64,000 bases of DNA from Octopus vulgaris (GCA_951406725.2 OX597817.1:167152001-167216000); one strand, 5' to 3'. Counted from the first letter of the stretch, positions 12,967 through 26,802 are shown. Notes: generated by a model not told the origin, from the sequence alone. Made by a program: numbers and translations.

Positions 12967-13267
12967 TGGTATATTCTGTTAAGAACGTATAAAACTCGTC
13001 CACCTTCAGATTTACCCTGGGCTATCCAGTAGTAGTATTATACGTACTTCCACTTTTGCGTTTGGGCATCCGTCGTGTGTAAATAGATAACTGAAAAAAT
13101 GTCGGGTAAATAGATAACTGAAAAATTGGAGTCACCAACAAGGAGTACGGTTGGACATATATCTTTTAATTATCACAATTGTTTCCACGCAATGTAGTTC
13201 TTCAGGCGTGCAAGTACTTGAATATGCAACTGTTTTCCTGCATTATGAGAGTAAACAATTGTAGTGA

Positions 13268-13317
<50 letters not shown>

Positions 13318-13704
13318 AAATAAGAAAATGGAGAAATACACCTTATTTATTTATATTTATTTATACATATTGTACTTATTGTATCATATTACTCATTGAT
13401 GTGCACTGTTTTGTTCTGTACTACTATGTTTGACCTTGATGTTCATATGTAGTAGGTTAATAAATTATGTGAATGGATATTATCTGGTAGTTGACTATTG
13501 ATTAACGTGTATTTCTCCATTTTCTTATTTTGTATTATTAATTTGTGGTAAAACATTTTACCTTCGCCTATATAATACAATAAATGAATTAATTGCATCG
13601 CAATTCTTAGCATTTATGTATTAACTTTGTTGGGTGCTTTACTGGCAGTATATTGGATATATGTTATCCCATGGTGGGTTGCACTCACAACCCCTATCTC
13701 AATT

Positions 13705-13805
<101 letters not shown>

Positions 13806-13830
13806 ATATGTTACATTACTCGATAGTCAA

Positions 13831-13891
13831 GATAAAACTCTGAGTTTCAGATACCGAAGTGGGAATCCACAACGTCATCTCTTCGGTTATC
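13831..13891 (-). ncRNA. Hammerhead-like motif, left arm of palindrome
   Basis: Near reverse complement of the 14264-14324 motif. Confidence 0.55.
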
Positions 13892-14263
13892 TGGCTATAA
13901 AGGGTAAAGACCCCTTTCGGTCATGAATGACCATGGGATTGTACCTAGAAAGTTACCTCCTAGACACAAGTCTGGGCAAGGTTGTTTATGGAAGACCAGC
14001 AGTCGCCCATGCATACCAGCCTCCCCTCTCCACGCCACCAGTGTTATCCAAGGGAAAGAGAAAGGTCGATACAGCTTGGCACCAGTGACGTCGCAACTCA
14101 TTTCTACAGCTGAGTGAACTGGAGCAACGTGAAATAAAGTGCTTTGCTCAAGAACACAAAACGCAGCCCGGTCCGGGATTCGAGCTCACAACCTCACGAT
14201 CGTAAGCTCGACGCTCTAACCACTGAGCCAATAGCCAGATAACCGAAGAGATGACGTTAGCCA

Positions 14264-14324
14264 GATAACCGAAGAGATGACGTTGTGGATTCCCACTTCG
14301 GCATCTGAAACTCAGAGTTTTATC
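14264..14324 (+). ncRNA. Hammerhead-like motif, right arm of palindrome
   Basis: GAUAA CCGAAGA GAUG...CAUC U GAAACUC-A-GAGUU UUAUC. Confidence 0.55.
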
Positions 14325-14428
14325 TTGACTATCGAGTAATATAACATATTATTTTATAGATAAATTTCCTCTATTTACATAATATTGAGGTCTCTTTCTT
14401 TCTTTTGTTATCTTACCGTTTTTTGTTA

Positions 14429-14484
<56 letters not shown>

Positions 14485-14738
14485 CTTAGTAGTTTTGTAA
14501 AAGAGGCTGGCTGAATAAATAATATGAATTAGAAATATATACTGGTATCGATTTGTTCGACTAAAACCTTTCAAGTCGATGCCCCAGCATGTCCGCAGTG
14601 AAATGACTGAAAGAATTAAATGGTTAAGATAAAACATTAACAATATACAGTTGAGGTAAGTCCATGTAACAGCGAGACTTCCATTTGTTCAAAGGCAAAA
14701 CTGATAATGGTATATGTAATGCAATCGAAAGTATTTAC

Positions 14739-14832
14739 CTCCATCAATGATGTAAATCGATATTTGTCTTCGGGTGGACTCCCTCTGGTTGCAGGAAATT
14801 CCCAATCCATGTCAAAGCCGTCGAAATTGTAT
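14739..14832 (-). CDS. GH18 chitinase coding exon 4, catalytic motif (YNFDGFDMDWEFPATRGSPPEDKYRFTSLME)
   Basis: Intact DxxDxDxE motif; tag acceptor, gtaaat donor; phases 2/0. Confidence 0.97.
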
Positions 14833-14935
14833 CTATTAATGGTAAAAAGGTATAAGAGATTTATTTCATTAATATAGACAAAAATAGCACTGATTGTGTT
14901 TCACGTGTTATAACCCGAACGTCTGAATGCATGTT

Positions 14936-14972
<37 letters not shown>

Positions 14973-15697
14973 GTATATATATATATATACATACGTATAT
15001 GCAAAGGGTTGGGTATGCTGACAAGTGTGCTTTCCAACTGAGGCGGCGAGCTAGCAGAAACGTTAGCACGCCGGGCGAAATGCGTAGCCGTATTTCGTCT
15101 GCCGTTACGTCCGGAGTTCAAATTCCGCCGAGGTCGACTTTGCCTTTCACCCTTTCGGGGTCGATAAACTAAGTAGCAGTTACGCACTGGGGTCGATGTA
15201 ATCGACTTAATCCGTTTGTCTGTCCTTTAGCCCCTTGTGGGTAGTAAAGAAATAGGTATTTCGTCTGTCTTTACGTTCTGAGTTCAAATCCCGCCGAGGT
15301 TGACTTCATCCTTTCGGGGTCGATAAATTAAGTACCAGCTGCGTACTGGGGTCTATCTAATCGACTGGCCCCCTCCACAAAAGTTTCGGGCCTTGTGCCT
15401 AGAGTAGAAAGGAATAATTGTGCTTCCCAACTACATCGTTTTGGATTCGGTCCCACTGTATATCACCTTAGGTGTATCTCTTCTTCAATAACCCAGGGTC
15501 GACCAAAGCTTTGTGAGTGGATTTGGTTGCTGGAAACTGAAAAGTCCCGTCGTTTATGTATGTGTGAGTGTGCGTGTTGTGTACATGTTTATATGCATGT
15601 ATATATGTAAACAGAGAGAGTGGAGAGGGAGGGAGGGCGTCTGGGAGAGAGAGTCATATTTAAATCTATATCATTAAGTCAATGGTGGTTAACTTAC

Positions 15698-15860
15698 TTG
15701 CGTAAATATTTGATGACATTTTCTATCCAAATGCGGCGGTTTCTAGAACTGGCTACCATAGGTATAAAAGGCTCGGAACCAATAATCCAGCCACCCACAG
15801 CCAATAGGACCTTTAATTTGGGGTTCTTTTTCTTCAGTGCTAATGTCCGAGCGTAAAGAC
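15698..15860 (-). CDS. GH18 chitinase coding exon 3 (LYARTLALKKKNPKLKVLLAVGGWIIGSEPFIPMVASSRNRRIWIENVIKYLR)
   Basis: KxLLAVGGW motif; aag acceptor, gtaagt donor; phases 1/2. Confidence 0.96.
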
Positions 15861-17995
15861 CTTAAATATAGAAACAATTATATATTTATTTTACTTAATT
15901 TATTTAACCGATATGGAGAACAAGCAAGAAGTTTTTTTATTATTATTTTTATATCATTATAGAACGGATTTCAACAAGAATAGATCGATTTAGTCCTACA
16001 CTGTGAACATTTGAATTATATTATCCAAGATAGAAGGTGGCGAGCGGGCAGAATCGCTAGCGGCATTTCGTCTGTCTTCACGTTGTGTGTTCAAATTCTG
16101 CCGAGGCCGACTTTGCCTTTCATCCTTTCGGGATCTATAAAATAAGTACCGGTCGAGCACTGGAGTCGATATAATCGACTTACCCTGTTCCCCTAAATTA
16201 CTGGCCTTGAGCCAAAATATGAAACCGATATTATAGAAGATAGAATACAGCTTCTTTCTAGTTAGACTAAGGACTTCATATAAACCTTAAGTTTATCTCA
16301 GTAGTACATAAACGGCGCCCTGTATGGTGTATATAGGTATCCTTTTATTCTTTTACTTGTTTCAGTCATTTTGACTGCGGCCATACTGGAGCACCGCCTC
16401 TTGTCGAACAAATCGCCCACAGGACTTCTTTTTTGTAGGCCTAGTACTTATTGTAGCTAGTTCAAGCGGCACACACTCCAGCTATGCGACTACCCCCTAT
16501 GTAACTTTTACGGCAGCTACAGCAACTCCTGTTTCTCTGAACTAACAAATTATATTCCGACTCCATCTGTGTCTAACTGAGACACATTCCATTCATGACT
16601 TCATCATCTAAATAGTTTGGGAAAGAAAAATCTCTCCAGAGTATTCTCCACGTCTACTTGTTCTATTGAGTCGCCAACTGACATGAATCCAAATTCGACA
16701 ACTACTTCAAAATTGTCAGTAGTGGAGGCCCTGCGATGGCCGAAGGCAAACACTATCTCAAAGTATCGGATTAAGCAATACAAATTTCAATAAAGCTGTA
16801 CATCGCTGATGAAGCCAGAATAATCCCGAAACAACTTACCTTGTCTTTGCTAAGAAATGAAAATAATATTGTGAGGTATACTAGCCATCTCAATATGGCT
16901 AACCACTAAGGGTGGGTGTTACTGTAGCTTGTAGCCCCAGGAGAACATCGTCTCCAGCTGGCTATAGGCACACTTTTTGTGCCCTTATGGTATTTGCAAA
17001 GAGAGGTCATCCCTCCCTCGTCAACCTATGTGATACGCACGGACTGCAGTTTCTAGGTATTGACCTGTCGTCGACGTACGACAATCACCGGTTTTCGATG
17101 AAAGGGGTCCCAATGCAAATACTTATAACGTTTTTCCAGTAACTATTCGTCACTGATCTCGAAAATCTGTATTCAAGCCAAGCAATTATTGAAAATAATA
17201 TTAATCTGATTAAAATCGCTTCTGTTTTCTTTTTCTTACTACATACCTATTTCTGATTTCTTTTGTTAACACTTGTTACATTAGATATTTTACCAATAAA
17301 CCAACTATTATTTTTTTTGTGTGTGTGTGTGTGTGCAGAGGTAGTCTCTGAATTATATGATACGTATTTCATCGACTATATCATTGAAATGTGAAAGACA
17401 AATCCACCCAGACAGAGTCTTCACTAAGGACAAGGAACTACAAGGAACCAATACTACAAGGAATCAATACTGATTGTCCCCATCCAACAATTTTATATAT
17501 AACTACTTCTAAATTAGGAACATGACCAAAAATTTGGGGGAGAGGAATAATCGATTACAACAGCTTCAGTATTTGATTGATAGTTTATTTTATCGACCTT
17601 CGAAGGATGAAATACTGAGTTGATCTCGGCCGGGATGTGAACTCAGAATGTAAAGAAATGTGACAAAGAGCGCAAATAATTATTAGTTTGATGCTAACAC
17701 GCATTATTCATCATCTGTGCGCACTAATCCTTCCTAATTTTGTTACAATGCCAGCATTTTTGAGCGAAGGGGGCTAATTCGATAACACAGATCCTAGTAT
17801 TTGACTGATATTTATTTTCTTAACCCTGAATGAAGGAAAGGAAAAGTTGGCCTTGACAAGATTTGAACTCAGAGCATAAAGCCTCTAAACACTTTTTTCG
17901 ACGAGCTAGCGATTCTCCCAGCTCGCTGCATTAATCCGTAAGCAATAAAAAAGAAGGTAATGAGAAAAGAAAATAGAATATATGAATAAATTTAC

Positions 17996-18178
17996 CTGTC
18001 CCAGGTGTAACGTCGTTCCAGTTAAAAGGTGTCAGGTTACGACCATCATCAGATATGTCAACGAATGCATATATGACGTGAGTACATAAAAAGGGATCGA
18101 TATTTTCGGGTAAGAATTCACCAATGCCTGGCCGGGTCTGTGCAAAGCTGCTATAGTAGCAGAAGACCTTCTTAGATC
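17996..18178 (-). CDS. GH18 chitinase coding exon 2 (SKKVFCYYSSFAQTRPGIGEFLPENIDPFLCTHVIYAFVDISDDGRNLTPFNWNDVTPGT)
   Basis: Manual translation; CYY...IDPxLCTHxIYAF GH18 N-terminal motif; ttccag acceptor, gtaaat donor; phases 1/1. Confidence 0.96.
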
Positions 18179-18959
18179 CTGGAAAGAAAGAGAGAGAGAG
18201 AGAGAGACAGAGAGACAGAGAGAGAGACAGAGAGACAGAGAAGGAGAGTCATTAAAATAACTATATTCATCATAAATACAGATAGTATAAAATACGTATG
18301 AGGCACATTGTCATATATACAGGTTCATGCATGCATACATGCACACATGCATACAGACATACAGACAGACAGACATACACTCACACACACATACACACAC
18401 ACGCATACATACATACATACATACATACATACATACATACATACATACATACATACATTCGTACACACACACGCATACATACATACATACATACATACAT
18501 ACATACATACATACATACATACATACATACATACTATATATATTTCTATTTTTGTTTCTTGTATTTATATTCGTGTGGCATCCTGTCTTTGTTTCGTATA
18601 CATTCGACCCTCTTTCCAAGAAATCCATTGCCTGTGGCTTGGTTTTTCCTTGGGGCTGGCCGGTTCGGAGTGATATCGAGATTAAACAGCCGAAATTACT
18701 AAGATGATCCGGTTCCCGACTGAAGATTAGAGGCTTCGAATGACCCGTCTGTTTTTTTTTGTGTCGTCTCTTTGTGTGTTTTTGCGTTCTTGTCCCACTT
18801 TGTAATTTATATTTTATATTTAATTTCTATACATATATATATATATATACACACACACATATATAGTCTACCCAGATTACAAGTTCAGGTTTATACCTGT
18901 AATTATTGGAGTATGTAACACACTGGAACCATGTAACACACTGCTTATGTAACACACTG

Positions 18960-19300
18960 GAGCCAAAATCCGGTCTATTGTCAAAGTAAGTGTCATTGCT
19001 ACACGACAATGAACGCCCACATACGGCTGGCCACACCATTGAAACCATTGAAAAACTGTGTTTCAAGTTACTGGAATACCTTGTATACAGTCTAGATGTC
19101 TTCCCTTCCGACTATCACCTCCTTAAACCATTTACATATCCTTTACAAGGACGTCGATTTGTTATGGACGAAGAAGCGTAGGAAACTGCATAGTTGGCTG
19201 AGCAACCAGCCGAAAATCTTATCCGATGGAAGAAGCAAGCTCTGGCACGCAGAAAGAAGTGCTTCGAAAAGCAAGGAGACTATGTCTAAAAAATAATGTA
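18960..19300 (+). mobile_element. Mariner transposase remnant
   Basis: LLHDNERPH and YSLDVFPSDYHL (HDNARPH / YSPDLAPSDYHL). Confidence 0.85.
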
Positions 19301-19846
19301 GCCGCTCAAACTTTCAAATTTTAGCACAAGACCAGCAATTTGAGGTGGAGTAAGTCGATTATATCGACCTCAATGCCAACTGGTACTTATTTTATCGACC
19401 CTGAAAGAATGAAAGACAAAGCCGATCTCCGGAATTTGAACTCCGAACACAAAAACGGACGAAATGCTGCTAAGCATTTTGCCCAGCATGCTAGCGATTC
19501 TTCCAGCTCACTCGCCTTGACAACAGGTAACACTGCATCCCTGTTGATAAGCTTCCCTTCCCATTTAGAAACTATTTCAGCTGCGAAGTACAACCTATCG
19601 TATATAAGGTATATATAAATGTGCTTTCCACATTAAAATACATTTCCTATGACTGATACGAACGTCCAAGGAGTATGCGAGCAAATCCACACTCACCAAC
19701 GCATAGCAAGAATAACAGTACACTGCTGGAACGATCATTGAGAATAGTGTACACTGCTGGAACGATAATTGAGAACAGTGTACATTGTTTGCCTTTAGAA
19801 CGGGAACTTATTTCGAATTCACTCCTACCCACATTCTCTTATAGAT

Positions 19847-20905
19847 CAGTGCTTCTCAAACTAACGGCGGGATTTTTCCAATGTGCTAGGGACCCGTAAG
19901 ATTTCTTAGTAATTCTTTTACTTGTTTCAGTCATGTGACTGTGGCCATGCTGGAGCACTGCCTTTAGTCGAGCAAGTCGACCCCAGGACTTATTCTTTGT
20001 AAGCCTAGCACTTATTCTATCGGTCTCTTTTAACGAACCGCTAAGTTACGGGGACGTAAACACACCAACATCTCTGTCAAGCGATGTTGGGGGGACAAAC
20101 ACAGACACACAAACATATACACACACATACATATATATATACGACGGGCTTCTTTCAGTTTCCATCTACCAAATCCACTCACAAGGGTTTGGTCGGCCCG
20201 AGTCTATAGTAGAAGGTGCCACGCAGTGGGACTGAACCCGGAACCATGTAAGTAAACAAGCTACTTACCACACATCCACTCCTACGCCTAATATTAATTT
20301 ATCCGGAAACAATATATATAATGAGTATGATAAATGTTGACAATTTCTTTTATCTCATATTTATTTTGTAAACAAATAATACAATATTACATACGCATCT
20401 TATAAGCATTTTACAAATGTTTCTTTCTTTTCTGGAAACTCGCCGCATACCTATTTCTTTATTACCCACAAGGGGCTAAACACAGAGGGGACAAACAAGG
20501 ACAGACATAGGTATTAAGTTAAGTGCGTAACTGGTACTTAATTTATCGACCCCGAAAGGATGAAAGGCAAAGTCGACCTCGGCGTAATTTGAACTCACAA
20601 CGTAACGCAGACGAAATACCTATTTCTTTATTACCCACAAGGGGCTAAACACAGAGGGGACAAACAAGGACAGACATAGGTATTAAGTCGATTACATCGA
20701 CCCCAGTGCGTAACTGGTACTTAATTTATCAATCCCGAAAGGATGAAAGGCAAAGTCGACCTCGGCGGAATTTGAACTCACAACGTAACGCAGACGAAAT
20801 ACCGCTAAGCATTTCGCCCGGCGTGCTAACGTTTCTGCCAGCTCGCCGCAGCTGATGGCTCGCGGATCGGCACCGGTCCGCGGACCACCATATTGAGTAG
20901 TACTG
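19847..20905. mobile_element. hAT-type non-autonomous element containing SINE B and SINE A insertions
   Basis: CAGTGCTTCTCAA...TTGAGTAGTACTG TIRs; 8-bp near-TSD TTATAGAT/CTATAGAT. Confidence 0.7.
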
Positions 20906-21369
20906 CTATAGATAACATCCTACAGAAATTCAAGCTGAACATTAACCGATATCATCCTCCCCGATCAGAAAGGAGTCGCCCGCTAAGTTCTTGTGCACTG
21001 TACTTTACGCATGTCCGAAATGTAAACAACAACGCGCTAATCACAGGTGTCATTTACCAAGAAAATGATAATCTGATATCCTTCATTCATATATACTTAC
21101 ATGGTGCGACACATATACACGCCATTGCGTTTCATTCGCAGTAAAACCAGATACACCCCCCACACACACACACACATGCATACACACACACACAAATGCC
21201 ATCACGTTGGCATGTGTTATTCTGCGTATGTGTGCGGTGGTATTGTGACACAACTAATCCAGTAACACACTTGCACACACTCGTGCGCGGACACACACAC
21301 ACACACACACACACACACCGCTTTGCACACATATACACACACTCTGTCTTAGCTATGTAGACACACAAA

Positions 21370-21411
<42 letters not shown>

Positions 21412-21736
21412 GATCAAAATCTATTAAAAGTACTTTTTTTATTTTGTAAATTTCCTGTCTCAAATTTCAAATGTCATCTAACGTCTCATAAAAACCGCCC
21501 AGTAAACAGAAAATTTATGATAAATTCAACTCTTTTCTAAGTCATGAGACTTCCCGTCAGTAAATTTTCCTATTCTTTTACCAGTTTTAAACTTATAAGC
21601 TCAATTTGACATTCATATCTTCCGCTAAGAGTAGCTAATGAAGAATTAATTTAGAAAACTGTCGATTTGCTAAGCTAATTTTAAAGTTTATCTGAATTCC
21701 TCAAGTCAGAAATATCCATCATCTTTTGATGCTTAC

Positions 21737-21794
21737 CTTGGACTTTTGTAATGGATATACCCGCTATCAACAGCAGTGCAACTGGTAACTTCAT
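21737..21794 (-). CDS. GH18 chitinase, first coding exon (signal peptide MKLPVALLLIAGISITKVQ-G)
   Basis: ATG at 21794-21792 preceded by a tttcag acceptor; hydrophobic N-terminus; donor G|gtaagc, phase 1, joins in frame to the 18178 exon. Confidence 0.85.
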
Positions 21795-21843
21795 ACTGAA
21801 ACTGAAATACATAAAAAATATAGAAGAAATATTACAACAGTTA

Positions 21844-22228
21844 TCTCTCTCTATATAAACGGCAGTTTGTCTGTGTGTGTTTCTGTGAGTCTGTTTGGTT
21901 GTACCCTCACCCTGACCACGGCTTTCAACCGATTCTGATGAAACTTGACACACACATAGCCCAATGTCATAATTCAAAACTAATGCAGCGAAAATTTTGA
22001 AAAGTTCCCCCAGTTCTGAAACAAATCGATAAATTCGACATGTGGTCGAGAATTAGAAACACAAACCACAGACTGTCTAGGGGACGCAACTCGACCTTTT
22101 TTAACTAAAAAAAAAATTTACCATCATTTTTTTTCCCGTTTCTTTGCTATTTTTTGGCTATAACTCTCTAAAAATGCTTTATAGTTATTTCCCTTACAAA
22201 CCTGAGCAACGCCGGGCGATACTGCTAG
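21844..22228 (+). mobile_element. Non-autonomous Helitron, ~50 bp upstream of the chitinase ATG
   Basis: A|TC...hairpin-CTAG|T. Confidence 0.88.
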
Positions 22229-22392
22229 TGAGCAATAAAAGTGAAACTAAAATATTATTAAAACAAATGACAAACACAGAAGTAGTGAACAAGTAAAATA
22301 TTACCAGCAACCATTTGCATGCGAACGGAAAATCAGAAAAGCTCGACAATGGGAAGCACACGATTTGAACGAAAACCAGAAAATGCGCAGAT

Positions 22393-22560
22393 AGGCGCAG
22401 GAGTGGCTGTGTGGTAAGTAGCTTGCTAACCAACCACATGGTTCCGGGTTCAGTCCCACTGCGTGGCATCTTGGGCAAGTGTTTTCTGCTATAGCCCCGG
22501 GCCGACCAATGACTTGTGAGTGGTTTTGGGAGACTGAAACTGATATAATCCTGTCGTATA

Positions 22561-22623
<63 letters not shown>

Positions 22624-22840
22624 CTGTCTGTGTTTGTTCCCCTAGCATTGCTTGACAACCGATGCTGGTGTGTTTACGTCTCCGTCACTTAGCGGTTCGG
22701 CAAAAGAAGCCGATAGAATAAGTACTGGGCTTACAAAGAATAAGTCCTGGGGTCGATTTGCTCGACTAAAGGCGGTGCTCCAGCATGGCCGCAGTCAAAT
22801 GACTGAAACAAGTAAAAGAGTAAAAGAGTAAAAAAAGAGT
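22393..22840 (+). mobile_element. tRNA-derived SINE family B with internal (TA)/(TG) tract; other copies 19915-20288, 26490-26965, 43165-43585, 50680-51120, 58936-59362, 60650-61045, 63705-64000
   Basis: TGGCTGTGTGG A-box, GGGTTCAGTCCC B-box, (AAGAGTA)n tail, many near-identical copies. Confidence 0.88.
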
Positions 22841-23153
22841 ATATGAAATTTACACGTCGCTTCTTCTCCATAACCAGACCGATCCATTTTCGACCGTTTT
22901 GTAACTTGCGATGAAAAGTGGATTCGGTACAACAATAATAATATTTAAAAAAAAAAACGTTCTTCGCAGTGGTTGCACCAAAATGAAGCACCGAAAACCT
23001 TCCCTAAACCCGAGCTCTTCAAAATAAAAAGGTCATGGTGACTGTTCAGCTGATGCTAGTTACCTGACAGGGGAATGATGCGGATGAACAGAGGGACGGC
23101 ACTTATCTACTTTTTCCAGTTCACGGACGCCGAGCAGGGCTTACCTTGTTTAA

Positions 23154-23374
23154 CCCTTTAGCATTCAGATTAATCTGTCAAATGTAAAGCCTGTTTAATT
23201 ACATTGTTTTAAATTAATTGTACAGCATCTTGTAACTCTGAGATTTTGACGATGTCCCTGTTTATTTTTAGAATGACTTTGTAGGGTAAGTGTGAGAGGT
23301 CAGAGCTGGCTGGTTTGAGCATAAAAATATGAAGACAATTTTGGCCTGATATGGCCGGTTTAAACACTAAAGGG
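23154..23374. mobile_element. piggyBac-type MITE
   Basis: TTAA|CCCTTTAG...CTAAAGGG|TTAA. Confidence 0.8.
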
Positions 23375-23644
23375 TTAACCCACCATCCTTCCTTATAAGC
23401 TGCAACCTCATGAACTTTAGCGTATGCCTAATCCCCATAGACGTATTTCTATTATTTTGTATTATTGCTGTCAAAATAAACTGACTGTGACTATGTCCTG
23501 TGTAATTCTAACAATATTTTGTTATACTATCATGAAATTCATCACCATATATTTCAACAATGCGGAAATTTTATTCACTAAAGTAAGTACCATTACAATC
23601 AACACACTTTTGCCAACGGGTTACAACCGGCAGGCCATGCTACT

Positions 23645-23685
23645 CCAGACTGATGATGAGCAAAAACTCAGAAACTAGTCTCTGG
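23645..23685 (+). ncRNA. Canonical minimal type I hammerhead ribozyme
   Basis: CCAGA CUGAUGA UGAG-CAAAAA-CUCA GAAACUAGUC UCUGG: perfect core, stems I/II, palindromic ACUAGU stem III, GUC triplet. Confidence 0.9.
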
Positions 23686-24061
23686 TTACAGGCTTAGCTG
23701 GATGGAGGTACTTGTCTCCCCCTTGTAAACATGAGGACACGGAAAATGTGTCAAGGCTGACAGAAACCGTTGATGCTTCCTAGGGCTAAATAGCAGAGGT
23801 GTGATCTCCTTCATGGGACTGTCACATTTAGTTGACAGTATACAACTACATATATATATGCCACGGGCTTCTTTCAGTTTCGGTCTGCCAAATCCGTTAA
23901 CAAGGCTTTGGTCGGTCTTATAGTAGAAGACACTTGTCCAAGGTCCCATGTGGTTAGTAAGCAAGCTACTTACCACACAGCAGCTCCTGCGCCTTTGTCC
24001 AAAATTTAAATTTTTGTTGTAATAATTACTGCTCTATTCTTTAGATTGTGCTTCTTTTGTG

Positions 24062-24095
<34 letters not shown>

Positions 24096-24400
24096 ATTAC
24101 CGTGATCACCGTGACCGACCAGGCAATCAGATGTTGCTACACATCGCTGGTCACAATGCGCTTCGCATTGTTTTAGCCTTCAAATGACGCCATCCTCCTG
24201 GCTAAGCGAGCAGGCCAACAGAAGAAAGAGTGAGAGAAAGTTGTGGCGAAAGAGTACAGCAGGGATCCCCACCACCCCCTGCCGGAGCCTCGTGGAGCTT
24301 TTAGGTGTTTTCGCTTAATAAACACTCACAACGCCCGGTCTGGGAATCGAAACCGCGATACTACGACCGCGTGTCCGCTGCCCTAACCACTAGGCCATTG

Positions 24401-24469
<69 letters not shown>

Positions 24470-24475
<6 letters not shown>

Positions 24476-25226
24476 TCAATATAGGGTGCCAAAAAAAATT
24501 TTGTAGAATTCTTTTGCCACCAGCGGCCTAGTAGGAAAAAAATTAAAATAGTCAAAGACCATTTTTAAGTTCAACATCAACAATAAAGGAACGGCCATAA
24601 TAGGCCATTCACCCACTAGAAATAACAGCCAAAGCTTCAACCGCAAATAAAAGTTAATTCAGTAAACCAGGAGAAAATTTAAAAAACATTTACCCTGTAA
24701 TTTCTTATACGATATACCGTTTCATCTGCTGATTAATGGTAAACTAACCTGATTAAATTAAATCAAGCCAATCTTCCACAGGCCCTCAGATTCTTCAGTA
24801 AGAAATAGCCCAAGACGGAACAGATATTTTCACGAGGCATTTCCGACGTTGCCAAGTTAATATCTGACCTAAAATTTTCAAAACGTCGCACTCGCGCCAA
24901 ATTTATCGGCAGCAAATAAATATTAGCCGTCGATTCCATTACGGAATTAACCAGAAAATTCATAATTAATCAATATAGGGTGGCAAAAAAAAATTTTGTA
25001 GAATTCTTTTGCCACCAGCGGCCTAGTAGGAAGATTGGCTTGATTTAATTTAATCAGGTTAGTTTACCATTAATCAGCAGATGAAACGGTATATCGTATA
25101 AGAAATTACAGGGTAAATGTTTTTTAAATTTTCTCCTGGTTTACTGAATTAACTTTTATTTGCGGTTGAAGCTTTGGCTGTTATTTCTAGTGGGTGAATG
25201 GCCTATTATGGCCGTTCCTTTATTGT

Positions 25227-25229
<3 letters not shown>
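24470..25229 (-). mobile_element. Penelope pseudo-LTR-like element: partial direct repeat + inverted arm + hammerhead, between (TA)n tracts
   Basis: ~24470-24535 repeated at ~24965-25031; 24576-24777 inverted vs ~25029-25229. Confidence 0.75.
24701..24805 (-). ncRNA. Type I hammerhead ribozyme with long stem II insertion
   Basis: UUUCUUA CUGAAGA AUCUG...(~58 nt)...CAGAU GAAACGG-UAUA-UCGUA UAAGAAA: 7-bp stem I, GUA triplet. Confidence 0.85.
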
Positions 25230-25277
<48 letters not shown>

Positions 25278-25723
25278 CACATACATACATACATTCATAC
25301 ATGTATGTGTATAGACCACACACACACACATTCACTGTTCATTTCAAATCTGCAGACGATTCAGTGTTCATAGCACATAGATTGATATTGCAAATGTATA
25401 GGAATTAGATAGTGCTTTAAAAATATGCTTATACATGTCTGTTCACATAGTACACAAGCACTTGTGTGTTTGTGTGTGTGGGGGGTGTATAATTTAAATA
25501 AGTTGACCTGGGAACAGGTTAACACAACTTTAATGTCACGGTTGTATAGGCAGTGAAAAATTGTGTAATAACTGCGGCTTTAAGGAATATAGATAGTCAC
25601 GAACTCAGTTCGAACATTGCATTGTAAATGTCCGTTTTTCTACCCTTTCAGGATCTTTATATGTGTATGTGTGTGTGTGTGCGTGTGTGTGTGTGTGCGT
25701 GCGTCCGTGAGTGTGTGTATATA

Positions 25724-25763
<40 letters not shown>

Positions 25764-25767
<4 letters not shown>

Positions 25768-26028
25768 AATGTAATATTTGACAGTTATTCGGTAGCCATG
25801 ATAAAACTCCGAGTTTCAGATGTCGGAGCGGAAATCCACGCCGCCATCTCTTCAGTTATCCAGCCATCGGTAAAAAAGAGATGGCGGCGTGGATTTCTGC
25901 CCCGACATCCGAAACTCGGAGTTTTATCATGGCTACCGAATAATTGTCACATATTACATTTACAGATAAATTCCTGTTTACATAATATTGAGGTCTCTTT
26001 CATTCTTTTGTTGTCTTACCATTTCTAT

Positions 26029-26030
<2 letters not shown>
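25764..26030. repeat. Hammerhead-bearing fold-back element between (TA)n tracts
   Basis: 25764-25852 inverted vs 25876-25964; homologous to the 13801-14430 element. Confidence 0.85.
25800..25860 (-). ncRNA. Hammerhead-like motif (same family as 13831/14264)
   Basis: GAUAA CUGAAGA GAUG...CAUC U GAAACUC-G-GAGUU UUAUC. Confidence 0.65.
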
Positions 26031-26071
<41 letters not shown>

Positions 26072-26697
26072 ATTAATAATTAGTAGGGGATTTCTCTAAA
26101 TGTTTGGCTGTTTGCTCACAGTTAGGTATTCAAAATAGGTTATTCACTGGTTAGTATATAAATTCAGTAATAATTCTCATATGATAAGAATTCAGAGATA
26201 AATATTCTGTTCTATTATTCTATATATGCCTTTAACCATACCGGTTTCCTGGATTATTTCATATAAATAGTAATAATAATAATAATAATAATAATGATGA
26301 TGATGATGGTGATGATTATCATTATTACGTATAATAAGGATTATTATGAAGTGGTATTAGCATTACCTTTAATTCCTTTTGATATATATACTACAGCCTC
26401 AAATAGACCTACATTTGTTTCTCCAGCATCGATTAGTAATCGCTGCAATTGCAACCTTACTATAACACTGGTGTAGTTATATATATTCCTTTATTCTTTT
26501 ATCTGTTTCAGTCATTTTACTGCAGCCATGCTGGAGTGCCGCCTTTTTGTCGAACAAATCGACCCCAGGACTTATTCTTTGTAAGCCTAGTACTTATTCT
26601 ATCGGTCTCTCTTTGCCGAAACCGCTAAGTTTCGGGGACGTAAACACACCAACATGGGTTTACAAACGATGGTCGGGGGACAAACACAGACACACAA

Positions 26698-26802
<105 letters not shown>

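Noticed and set aside
13170-13215. Minus-strand CTGAAGA...GAAACAATTGTG
   Set aside because: GUG triplet and no stem I closure
16800-16850. CTGATGAAG...CGAAACAA..TTGTC hammerhead-like string
   Set aside because: Core and stem III are present but stems I and II do not pair; at most a decayed copy
18715-18752. CTGAAGA motif in an element between microsatellites
   Set aside because: No GAAA and no convincing stems
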